The notes below the pieces were generated by a model, which saw nothing but the letters and a program-made list of their open reading frames with translations, ran no database searches and was not told the DNA's origin. Source: an uncultured Chloroflexia bacterium (GTDB taxonomy: Bacteria; Chloroflexota; UBA6077; JACCZL01). From it: DNA of 64,000 nt. The stretch's first letter is position 1. Every line of letters starts with the position of its first letter. Below are positions 39,079 to 47,977 of the stretch, piece by piece. The DNA is taken from positions 64,001 through 128,000 of the forward strand of contig CAVXYC010000019.1 in the NCBI GenBank assembly GCA_963765765.1, read 5' to 3'. A program made the position numbers and the translations under genes.

Positions 39079-40281
39079 TCGCAAGACCAGTTGACGCTCT
39101 ATCGCTCGCCCTAGCCGCTTGATGCCTTCTTCGATGCGCTCGGGGCCCATCATTGAGAAGTTGAGCCGCATGGTGTTCTGGCCACCTCGATCGGCATGGA
39201 ACGATTGGCCGGGGACGAAGGCGACATTCTCCTTCTCGATCGCCTCGGCGAGAAGCTCACGGGTGTTGACACCTTCGGGCAACATGACCCACACGAAGAG
39301 GCCGCCCTTGGCGCGGGTCCAGCGGGCACCTTCAGGGAAGTACGTTTCCATCGCGTCCAGGATCGCCGCGCGGCGTTCCTTATAGGTCGCCTTGATCTTC
39401 TCGACATGCCGATCGATGAACCCATCGCGGGCCACTTCATACGTGGCCATTTGTGGGGCGTTGGCGCTGTGCAGGTCCGCGGGCTGCTTGGCCATGACGA
39501 GCTGCTCGTAAAGCGCCGGGTCCGTGGCCACAATCCAGCCGAGTCGGAAACCGGGCGCGAGGATCTTTGAAAACGTGCCCAGGTAGATGACGTTGTTTTC
39601 GGTATCGAGAGCTTTAAGGGACGGTAGCGTTGCGCCTTCGTAGCGAAGCTCGCCATAGGGGTCGTCCTCGATGACTGGCACTGAATGTTTCAGCGCCACA
39701 TCAATGAGCTGCTGCCGCCGCGCGAGCGTCATGGATCGACCGCTGGGGTTCTGGAAATTGGGGAGCGCGTAGACGAATTTCACGGGGTTGTTGGAGAGGA
39801 TCTCGTCCAGCAAGTCGGACCGCATGCCGTCTTCGTCCATCGGGATGATGACGTACTGGGCCTCGTAACTGTCGAACGCCTGGAGTGCACCGAGATAGCT
39901 CGGGTTCTCCACGGCGACGTGATCGCCAGGGTCGATGAAAATCTTGCTCAAGAGGTCGAGCGCTTGCTGTGAGCCATTGGTGATGAGAATCTGATCTGCC
40001 CTGCAGGTGATTCCAAAACCATTGAGTCGTTCGGCAATGACTTCGCGGAGCGGCAGGTACCCCTCGGTGATGCTGTACTGAAGCGCCTGCTCACCCTGCT
40101 CACGCAGCACCTTGTCAAAAGCGGCGCGAAATTCTTCAATTGGGAAGAGCTCCGGAGCCGGAAGTCCGCCAGCGAGAGAGATGATGTTTGGCCGTGCCGT
40201 GACCTTCAGAATCTCTCGGATATCGGAGCTACGCATGCGCTGCGTACGTTTTGCGAACAACGCCTCCCAATCGGCAACCAC
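39076..40281 (-). CDS. PLP-dependent aminotransferase class I (LysN/ARO8-like)
   Basis: ISLAGGLPAP, TNGSQQAL, PNFQNPSG, EDDPYGEL, GTFSKILAPGFRLGW, MRLNFS. Confidence 0.92.
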   Translation of the reverse strand: MVADWEALFAKRTQRMRSSDIREILKVTARPNIISLAGGLPAPELFPIEEFRAAFDKVLREQGEQALQYSITEGYLPLREVIAERLNGFGITCRADQILITNGSQQALDLLSKIFIDPGDHVAVENPSYLGALQAFDSYEAQYVIIPMDEDGMRSDLLDEILSNNPVKFVYALPNFQNPSGRSMTLARRQQLIDVALKHSVPVIEDDPYGELRYEGATLPSLKALDTENNVIYLGTFSKILAPGFRLGWIVATDPALYEQLVMAKQPADLHSANAPQMATYEVARDGFIDRHVEKIKATYKERRAAILDAMETYFPEGARWTRAKGGLFVWVMLPEGVNTRELLAEAIEKENVAFVPGQSFHADRGGQNTMRLNFSMMGPERIEEGIKRLGRAIERQLVLR

Positions 40282-40322
40282 GCCAGCCTCCCCTTCCCGT
40301 AATCCGACGGATCATAACAGTC

Positions 40323-40377
40323 TTAGGGGTTAGGGGTTAGGGGTTAGGGGTTAGGGGTTAGGGGTTAGGGGAAGGGG
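40323..40377. repeat. Telomere-like heptamer array (TTAGGGG)x7 plus AAGGGG
   Basis: Read directly from the sequence. Eight G4 runs give G-quadruplex potential on the + strand. Confidence 0.97.
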
Positions 40378-40756
40378 ACAATGCGCTTAAGAAGTCGGTG
40401 AAGCATTTTCTGACACTCTTCGATCAAGGTGAATGCTTCACCACTGAGTCTCGGTCACACTAGCCAATCTCTGTGGCGAAGATTAACTGAGTATCGACTT
40501 CCGCTAGTGAGCCGAGTGAATGGAGATAAAATGTGTGAAGTCGCGACGTGACCGCCTTGCGTGTCCCTCAGCGATGTTCGAAGGTACCGAAACAGCGGCC
40601 CGGTGAATCTACGCTCTAAGCCCATAAGCTTCCGACTGAGGAACCCCCTGCTAAGCCGATAAACAATGATGCAAGCGTCATCGAACGTTGCCACACGATA
40701 AGATCGTCATGACTCTTGACCTCATTCCGTGCGCTCGATCGACCGTCGACAGTCAC
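40365..40756 (-). pseudogene. Four-helix-bundle protein (23S rRNA intervening-sequence protein / Avd-like family), decayed
   Basis: Manual frame-joining: VKSHDDLIVWQRSMTLA / VYRLSRGF / PQSEAYGLRA*IHRAAVSVPSNIAEGHARRSRRDFTHFISI / LGSLAEVDTQLIFATEIG* / EAFTLIEECQKMLHRLLKRI. TAG stops at 40609-40611 and 40460-40462. The stop codon lies inside the repeat array. Confidence 0.88.
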
Positions 40757-40760
40757 GCCT

Positions 40761-40793
40761 GCTCTAACTCCTAATCCCTTCCCCTGGCCCCTA
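40761..40793. repeat. Degenerate complementary heptamer array (CCCCTAA-like)
   Basis: GCTCTAA CTCCTAA TCCCTT CCCCTGG CCCCTA; inverted relative to 40323-40377 and overlapping the cyclase stop codon. Confidence 0.7.
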
Positions 40794-42902
40794 TTTGTGC
40801 GTCATCACGTACACGCCGTCCCACTCTTCGGGTGGTGGATCGGCCATCAGGGCTTCGCAGCGTTCGAGGTAGAGGCTGGCGGGGGCGTCCTCGGGATCGA
40901 GTCGCAGAACTTCCTGGAACCGGGCAGCGGCGCCGAGCCAGTCACGGCTGCTGTAAAGGCGGCCGCCTTCTTCGTAGATGGACAGAGCTTGCAGTCGTTC
41001 GTTTGAAACTTCCCCCTTGCGTCCGATGAGCTCGTACACCGCGACGGGCGTGGACCGGCCTTTGACGATCACCAGGTCGAGATAACGGGTAACGTAGCCA
41101 TCTCCAACCGCGGATAGCGTACTGTCGCTCACGATGATGCTTGTGTCGTATTCCTTATTGAGGCCTTCCAGCCGGGACGCGAGGTTAACCGAATCACCCA
41201 TCACTGTGTAATCCAGCCGCCTCTGGGAGCCCATGTTCCCCACCGTCATCGCGCCTGTGTTGAGTCCGATTCCAATGCTGAGCTTCTGTTTGCCTTCCAT
41301 ATGCCAGCGGTTGTTGAGAGTTTCGAGCTCGCGCATCATATCTACGGCCGTATCGCAAGCTCGGCGAGCATGGTCAGCCTGGGGACGTGGAGCCCCCCAG
41401 AACGCCATGATCGCATCGCCCATGTACTTGTCGACGGTGCCACGGTGGTGAAAGATCACATCGGTCATCTCGGTCAAATACGCATTCAGCGTTTGAACCA
41501 GCTCCTGCGGGTCAATCGTCTCTGAATAGCTGGTAAATCCGCGCAAGTCGGAAAACATGACCGTCATCTCACGCTTCTCACCGCCTAGCCGCACGCTCTC
41601 CGGATTCGCGGCAACCTCTTGCATGACGTCGGGTGACAGATACTGGGAAAGCGCCCCACGGAGAGCTCGCTGCTGACGCTGTTCGAAGATCGTTCGGTAC
41701 AGCATGACACCGCCCGAGGAGAGCAGAAGAGCGACAGGCGGATAGAAAAGGTTCAGTAGGACGCTTGGGATCGGGATTGGTCCAAGCTGATAGTTCAACT
41801 TGACTGCGTCGAAGAGGAGAAAGGCCAGGCCTACATAGACGGCGAGCGCCAGGGCGTTGACGCCAAAGGCCGCGAGCGGCGGCAATATGACCAGAGCCAG
41901 TCCAGCTATCAAAGCTGCGAGGAAGATTGAAGCCGTCGTCACTGATTGCGGAGCCGGTATTAAGAAGTCAGCCTGAATGAGTGTCTCCGCGGCATTCGAA
42001 TGAATCTCGACACCATCCATGCGCTCTCGAATCGATGGCGGCGTCCAATAATCGTCAGCGAACGCGAGCGCGGTAACGCCAATGAACACGAGCTTGCCAT
42101 CGAAGATCCCTGGCGGAAAGGTCCCATTCAGTACGTCGACGAACGGTACCACCGTGAATGCTGACTTACGGGTGGAATCAGAAGGCGCTCCGCGGAAGTT
42201 GACGAGGATATTCGTATCGTCGTCAACGGGGACTTGCCTTCCTGCAAATGGAAATGTCCCGTCCTGGATAGGACCATCCGGAACTTGAGGCCGTCGCAAA
42301 AAGCGGGTCACCGCGGCCAGTGGCAGGGCAGGAACGTCGGCATCGACATTGTTCACGCGAATGAACATAGGCGCTCGCCGCACCGTGCCGTCCGAGTCGG
42401 GCGCCTGATTCGCGTGGCCCAACAATGGCGAGACTGAAGCGAGCTCCGTCGTGGGGCGGATCAGTGAGCCGTATGACTGCGGACCGGGCCCCGGCGGCAT
42501 GGCCGTACCCGGATCACCGGCCACCGGCTGCACCACGTTGCCATGCGCTGCCATGGCCTGCGCAAGCTCGTCATCGCCTGGCGCAGGCGCATCAAAAAGG
42601 ATGTCCAGCGCAATAGTGCGCGCTCGCGCTTGAGTGAGCTGCTCTATCACCTGAGCATGCAGCGTACGAGGCCACGTAAAGAATCGCCCGTACTCTCGTA
42701 GCTCCTGCAGGGAGCGATCGTCTACACCGACGATAACCGTTCTGGATGCCGCGAGATCGCCACGCGCCTTAAAGAGGAAGTCGGTGCTTTGTTGCTGGAG
42801 CCGGGTAAAAAGGCCGCCCATAAAAGCAAGGTTGAGTAGAAGGCCCAAACTCAAGCTAAGGCTCAGACCGACGAGGAGTCGGCGTAGGAATCGACGCGAC
42901 AT
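40791..42902 (-). CDS. CHASE2-domain class III adenylate/guanylate cyclase with C-terminal TPR-like helices
   Basis: IVGVDDRS..WPR..HA..LDILF (CHASE2), 3 TM helices, FSDLRGFT, DKYMGDAIMAFWGAP, YTVMGDSVNLASRLE. The Lys in DKY suggests ATP specificity. Confidence 0.93.
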   Translation of the reverse strand: MSRRFLRRLLVGLSLSLSLGLLLNLAFMGGLFTRLQQQSTDFLFKARGDLAASRTVIVGVDDRSLQELREYGRFFTWPRTLHAQVIEQLTQARARTIALDILFDAPAPGDDELAQAMAAHGNVVQPVAGDPGTAMPPGPGPQSYGSLIRPTTELASVSPLLGHANQAPDSDGTVRRAPMFIRVNNVDADVPALPLAAVTRFLRRPQVPDGPIQDGTFPFAGRQVPVDDDTNILVNFRGAPSDSTRKSAFTVVPFVDVLNGTFPPGIFDGKLVFIGVTALAFADDYWTPPSIRERMDGVEIHSNAAETLIQADFLIPAPQSVTTASIFLAALIAGLALVILPPLAAFGVNALALAVYVGLAFLLFDAVKLNYQLGPIPIPSVLLNLFYPPVALLLSSGGVMLYRTIFEQRQQRALRGALSQYLSPDVMQEVAANPESVRLGGEKREMTVMFSDLRGFTSYSETIDPQELVQTLNAYLTEMTDVIFHHRGTVDKYMGDAIMAFWGAPRPQADHARRACDTAVDMMRELETLNNRWHMEGKQKLSIGIGLNTGAMTVGNMGSQRRLDYTVMGDSVNLASRLEGLNKEYDTSIIVSDSTLSAVGDGYVTRYLDLVIVKGRSTPVAVYELIGRKGEVSNERLQALSIYEEGGRLYSSRDWLGAAARFQEVLRLDPEDAPASLYLERCEALMADPPPEEWDGVYVMTHK

Positions 42903-43134
42903 TGCTGGCAGCCTCCGGCGCCAGTCTACTCAGTCCGTTTGATGGCGGCAAATGACACTAGGAACCAAAGTGCGGGGATAAGGAGCCTGAAGAGAATGCG
43001 GGTGAGGTAAGATTGATCGGCACACGCGAATTTGAAGAACAGAAACACTCATCGCTGACGCTTGATAGCCCACTTTCGGTGCGAAAATGAAACCGCCGAG
43101 CGTCAGGTCGGCGGGTATACTGCCTAACGTACAC

Positions 43135-44493
43135 ATGGCGCATGCAGCTCCAAACCAGCCTCCTCCCGACGGGGAGGTTTTGGCGAATCGCCGTCGGTTA
43201 GCCATCGGCCAACTCATCGTTCTCATAGCCGGTGGTGTGATGTTCTTCCTCGGCGCGATACTCCTCGTTGCATTTCTGACTCCTCGCGACCAGAGTGCTC
43301 CGTCCATCGCTGCAACGGTCGTCGCAACCGCGGCTGTATCGACCACGGACAACACCGTGGCCCAGACCGGAGGCGCAGTTGCCAGTGCGCCCGCGGCGCC
43401 CGTGGGCGCACGCCCCCAGCAGGGTGGGGCGGCCGCAACGTTCGCGGTGGCTCCACCGGAGCTTTCCAGCCCTGGCTGGATCCAGAACTTCCGTGCGAGT
43501 CACCTCTGGTCCGGTCCTGCAAGTGATGGCGCGGATCTCGGCGAGCTGCCTCAATGGACCTACCTGCAATTCTCCGGCGAGTTCGTCAATGATCGGGCGA
43601 AGGTGCTCGATCCAGGCGATGGGTCCAGGAGACCCTCACGAACTGGCTGGCTCAACTCGGGCGACGTGGGCCCCGCGGGAGCGCCGCCAGTTTTGTGGTA
43701 CATGGGTATTGGCCAGAGCGAGCGCGGCCTCGCGGGAGCGCCGAAGCGAATCACGGACGACTGGCCCGCCCAGATCAGCGGTCAAGGCGCCGTGGTTATG
43801 GATGCGCAGACTGGCGCGGTACTCTTTGGAAAAAACGCTCGTCGGCGAGTTGCCATGGCAAGCTGCACCAAAATGCTGACCGCCATTGTGGCGCTCGAGC
43901 GAGGCCGCCTCGATGATCGTGTCACCGTGGACGTCGATGGACTCAAGATGGCTATCGAGATGGAAAGCACAGTGATGGGTCTGAGCCCGGGTGAGACGGT
44001 GACACTCGAAACGCTTCTCTATGGCCTCATGCTGCCATCTGGGAATGATGCCGCCGTGGCCATCGCCAAGCATATCGCTGGTTCAGAATCCGCCTTCGTC
44101 GAATTAATGAATGCGAAAGTGCGCGAGCTTGGACTAGAGGACACGCAGTTTATGAACCCGCACGGTCTCGACGCCAAAGGACACTTCTCGTCGCCATTCG
44201 ATCAGGCTAGCATCGCTCGTTACGGTATGAAAAATCCGACGTTTGCAAAGCTAGCTGGGGCTAAGGAGTACTCGGGCGATGGGTATCAGCTCTTTAACTC
44301 CAATCGGCTGCTCTGGAACTACCCCGGAGCGGATGGCGTAAAACCCGGTTTCACGGATGACGCCGGATCCACGCTCGTAGCATCCGCCACTCGAGATGGG
44401 CACCGGGTTATCACCGCTGTTATTAAGGCGAACAGCGCAGCGCTCGATAGCGTGCCACTCCTGGATTGGGCGTTTAAGTCCTATAGCTGGTAG
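43135..44493 (+). CDS. D-alanyl-D-alanine carboxypeptidase (peptidase S11), membrane anchored
   Basis: ASCTK (SxxK), PSGND (SxN), NPHGL, VKPGFT (KTG-like); N-terminal TM helix and an extra domain. Confidence 0.88.
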   Translation: MAHAAPNQPPPDGEVLANRRRLAIGQLIVLIAGGVMFFLGAILLVAFLTPRDQSAPSIAATVVATAAVSTTDNTVAQTGGAVASAPAAPVGARPQQGGAAATFAVAPPELSSPGWIQNFRASHLWSGPASDGADLGELPQWTYLQFSGEFVNDRAKVLDPGDGSRRPSRTGWLNSGDVGPAGAPPVLWYMGIGQSERGLAGAPKRITDDWPAQISGQGAVVMDAQTGAVLFGKNARRRVAMASCTKMLTAIVALERGRLDDRVTVDVDGLKMAIEMESTVMGLSPGETVTLETLLYGLMLPSGNDAAVAIAKHIAGSESAFVELMNAKVRELGLEDTQFMNPHGLDAKGHFSSPFDQASIARYGMKNPTFAKLAGAKEYSGDGYQLFNSNRLLWNYPGADGVKPGFTDDAGSTLVASATRDGHRVITAVIKANSAALDSVPLLDWAFKSYSW

Positions 44494-44644
44494 GTGCCGC
44501 TCGGTGGGACGCTACGTCGCCGCCTGTCCACTGCGCGCATAGTGACGCGGCGATACTCCACAAACAGAGATGCCTTTTCCACGCAGCCGCGTTGCGGTCG
44601 TACAATGCTCTCCACGCGCTGAGCGCACTTTGTCGGAGAGATTC

Positions 44645-45662
44645 ATGCGTTACCGACCTCTGGGTTCAACCGGGCTAGAGCTTTCCGAAATCGGGTTCGG
44701 TTGCGGTGACAACGCCGGCCTGATGATCGCTGGAACGCTGCAGGAGCAGTGTGCGGTCGCCGCCCGCGCCCTCGAGCTCGGTATCAACTATTTCGATACG
44801 GCTGCCGGTCTACGGCAGTACGAGATCCGAGGAGACGGTCGGCAACGTCCTGAAGGAGATCGGCGCTCGACCCATCGTCAACACCAAGGTCGAAGTCACG
44901 CTAGAACAAACGACAGATGTGGCGGCGGCAGTCGTCCAATCGGTGGAAGATAGTCTCAAGCGACTCCGGATAGATCAGGTGGACATCGTGGAGATTCACA
45001 ACAGCCCGGTCCACCAGCGGCCAATGGAGTTCACTGGGTGGCTGCCGATGTTGATTCATGAGTATCTGGGGCCTCGGGGCGCGCTGGAAGGTCTACAACG
45101 ATTGCGGTCCGCTGGCAAGGTGCGCTTCTTCGGCTTGGTCAATGAGCGGCCAGACGTTGATCTCGCGCGGCAGCTTATCGATACCGGCGCTTTCTCGATC
45201 ATCAACGTCCAATACAACCTTATCAATCCGACTGCCGGTATGCCGCTGCCCGAAGGGCTGACCGTCCCGCTCGACAACGGCAACATGATCGGCTACGCGT
45301 CGGAGCATGGGGTGGGGACGGCCATATTCAGCCCACTTGCTCGGGGAGTATTGACTCAGAAATCCGTAGTGGACGGCTGGCGTCATCCACTCGCCGGTGA
45401 AGGCATCTTGCGCGATCGAGCGACGTACGAGGCGCAGCTGGATCGCGGCCGGGCGCTCATGTTTCTGGCGAACGAAGGACGGACGCTTTCACAAGCGGCC
45501 ATTCGATTTATATTGATGCACCCGGGAGTTACGACGGTGCTGGGTGGCTTCTCTGAGATGCAGCATCTGGAGGAGATGACCGAGGTGCCCGAGATGGCGG
45601 AGCTTTCAGAGGAAGAAATGGACCGCGTGCGCCAGGCCTGGAGTCGCAACTTCGCCACATAG
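44645..45662 (+). CDS. Aldo/keto reductase, frameshift near 44805
   Basis: MRYRPLGSTGLELSEIGFG, GINYFDTA, SLKRLRIDQVDI..H, FSPLARG, AIRFIL. Confidence 0.88.
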
Positions 45663-45676
45663 AGATCGGAGCAGTT

Positions 45677-46585
45677 ATGGCAGAGATCGTTCTAGGGATG
45701 GGCAGCTCACACGGCCCAACCATTCGGACCCAACCAGAAGCGTGGGAACGACTGGGCAGGAAGGATATGGAAGATCCGCGCTTCGACTTTGAGGCGGAGC
45801 TCAAGACCGTGAAGTCGGACATCCTGGACGAGATCACGATTGAACGGCGGCGAGAGCGTTTCGACGCGTGCCAGCGTGGCATGGCGGAGCTCAGCCGCCA
45901 ATTGAGCGAGTCAAATCCCGATTGCATCGTTATGGTCAGCAATCTTCACGGCGATATCCCGGCGCATCAACAGCAGATCTTTGGCGTCTTCACCGGCGAT
46001 TCGCTTCCCGGTGAGGGGCCGGCAGCGCCAGGCGACCGCCTGCCAACGGAACCTGACCTCGCTCGCCATCTCGTGGACCGTTTGAACGACGGCGGATTTG
46101 ACATACATGGCTGCCCTGACCTTGGAGCTGCGTCCGGGCTCGGCGATGCATTCACGTTTCTCTACGAGCTTTACGCTCAGTGAGGGAGCGCTGCCCATGG
46201 TTCCAATGATGATCAGCCGCTATCTCCCTAATCAGCCTAGTCCGCGCCGTGCCCATGAGCTAGGCGGAGCGCTTCGGCGAGCCATCGACGATTGGGACTC
46301 TAGAAAGCGTGTGGCCATCATGGCTTCCGGTGGACTGAGCCATCAGATTCTGGACGAGCCGCTCGATCGCATGGTGGTAAAGGCACTGACGGAGAGCGAT
46401 ACGACACGCTCTGCTCCATTCCCCGTGATCGCCTCAACCGAGGTCCTGGAACGCCCGAGATTTTGAACTGGGTCGCTGTCTCTGCGGCCATGGCAAACGC
46501 ACCGATGACGCTGGTGGACTACGTACCGTGCTATCGTTCAGCGGCAGGCACAGGCCATGGCGTCACCTTCGGCTACTGGGCGTAA
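45677..46585 (+). CDS. LigB-like extradiol ring-cleavage dioxygenase family protein, frameshifts near 46180 and 46403
   Basis: MAEIVLGMGSSHGP, PNQPSPRR, ASGGLSH, E.LNW, YVPCYRSAAGTG. Confidence 0.8.
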
Positions 46586-46681
46586 AGCAGAGTCACGACG
46601 GTCGAGGGGCAGCGTCTAACCTGTCAATCATGACCCATGATTCAATCACTCATCGCTAACTGAGTGCGAGAGTCTGACGAT

Positions 46682-47797
46682 ATGGCTATTCAAACCGGTC
46701 GAGCGGCCGTCTTTCACGGGCTCGGGCAACCTTTCGAGATCAAGGAATATCCGGTGCCGGAGCCAGGCCCAGGGTCCGCCCTTGTGCAGATCACGCTGGC
46801 TAACGTCTGCGGGTCGGATCTTCACGCCTGGCGTGGCGACCTTGATTACGCGAAACGTGGACGGGCGTTACCGCGCCACCAGGGTCACGAGGGCACTGGA
46901 AGGATCGCCGTGCTCGGTGAGGGCGTAAGCACCGATTCCAACGGTCAGCCGCTGGCCGTGGGCGATCGCGTGGTGTTTGCCTACTTCTTTCCCTGTGGTC
47001 GTTGCCGAGCCTGTCTCAACAGCAAAGATTACGCGTGCGTGAATCGCGTTCATCAGTTCAGCACGTCTTGTGAAGTATGGCCACATTTCAAGGGAACGTT
47101 CGGCGACTACTTCTATCTCTATCCCAATCACACAGTCTTCAAGGTACCGGACGAGCTATCCGATGAGCTCGTGGTGGGCGTGAATTGCGCCATGGCTCAG
47201 GTCACAGCCGGACTCGAGCTTGCTGGTCTTGGCATAGGTGAGACGGTCGTGATTCAGGGGGCTGGCGGGCCTAGGACTCTACGCGATCGCGGTGGCGAAG
47301 CGAGCGTGGCGCCGGTCAGGTCATCGTTGTGGACGGAGTGCCGGAGCGACTCGAGGTGGCCACGATGTTTGGCGCAGACGATGTGCTTGATATGCGCGAT
47401 CTGCCCGAAACGGCTCAGCGAATCAAAGCGCGTCAAGGAGCTGACCGGAGGCTGGGGTGCTGACATCGTGCTGGAGCTCGCCGGTTTTCCCCAGGTTACG
47501 GAGGAAGGCGTTCAGATGCTCGGGTCGGGCGGCCGATACGTCGAGATCGGCAATATCAGTCCCGGGCTCACCTACCAGGCGGATCCGTCACTGTGGGTGA
47601 CGCAGAACATCACGGTAATCGGGAACAACCATTACGGGCGCAGGCATCTGCGCGATGCGCTGGAGATCCTCAGCCGCTCGCGCGATAAGTATCCCTTTGA
47701 CAAGATCGTCTCCCACAAGTTTCCGCTTGAAGAGATCAACGAAGTATTCGCCGCCCAGAACGAAGGGCACATTACTCGAGCGAGCTTAGTTCCCTGA
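46682..47797 (+). CDS. Zinc-binding alcohol dehydrogenase
   Basis: NVCGSDLH, GHEG.G, CGRCRAC, GAGG. Segment 47275-47420 reads out of frame because of compensating indels (alternate frames give LGLYAIAVAK..QVIVVDGVPERLEVATMFGADDVL). Confidence 0.88.
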   Translation: MAIQTGRAAVFHGLGQPFEIKEYPVPEPGPGSALVQITLANVCGSDLHAWRGDLDYAKRGRALPRHQGHEGTGRIAVLGEGVSTDSNGQPLAVGDRVVFAYFFPCGRCRACLNSKDYACVNRVHQFSTSCEVWPHFKGTFGDYFYLYPNHTVFKVPDELSDELVVGVNCAMAQVTAGLELAGLGIGETVVIQGAGGPRTLRDRGGEASVAPVRSSLWTECRSDSRWPRCLAQTMCLICAICPKRLSESKRVKELTGGWGADIVLELAGFPQVTEEGVQMLGSGGRYVEIGNISPGLTYQADPSLWVTQNITVIGNNHYGRRHLRDALEILSRSRDKYPFDKIVSHKFPLEEINEVFAAQNEGHITRASLVP

Positions 47798-47977
47798 TCA
47801 AACAGAGCCGCATCCCGTAAGGGTGCCGTTTCGTCCGCGGTCAAGCTAGAGGCGATCCCACTCATCAACCAGGCTCAGAGCCGTGGCCGCTCGGCGGGGG
47901 TTGGGTTTCCGTTCCCGTTGAAGGTGTGCTCGAGCAGAGCCGCACCCCATAGGATGAGGCCCTGCTCAGATTTGAGG

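Noticed and set aside
40323-40377. Eukaryotic telomere contamination or chromosome end
   Set aside because: Only 7 units, internal, flanked by bacterial genes, and paired with a complementary degenerate arm 400 bp away.
40455-40694. 79-aa ORF from the track as a real protein
   Set aside because: It is a partly in-frame shadow of the frameshifted four-helix-bundle gene.
40365-40756. Diversity-generating retroelement (Avd)
   Set aside because: No reverse transcriptase and no TR/VR pair seen in the window; the motifs fit the stand-alone IVS-type family.
42903-43134. Cyclic-dinucleotide riboswitch between the cyclase and the carboxypeptidase
   Set aside because: No recognisable ydaO or GEMM consensus; only a weak CTGACGCT/AGCGTCAG pairing.
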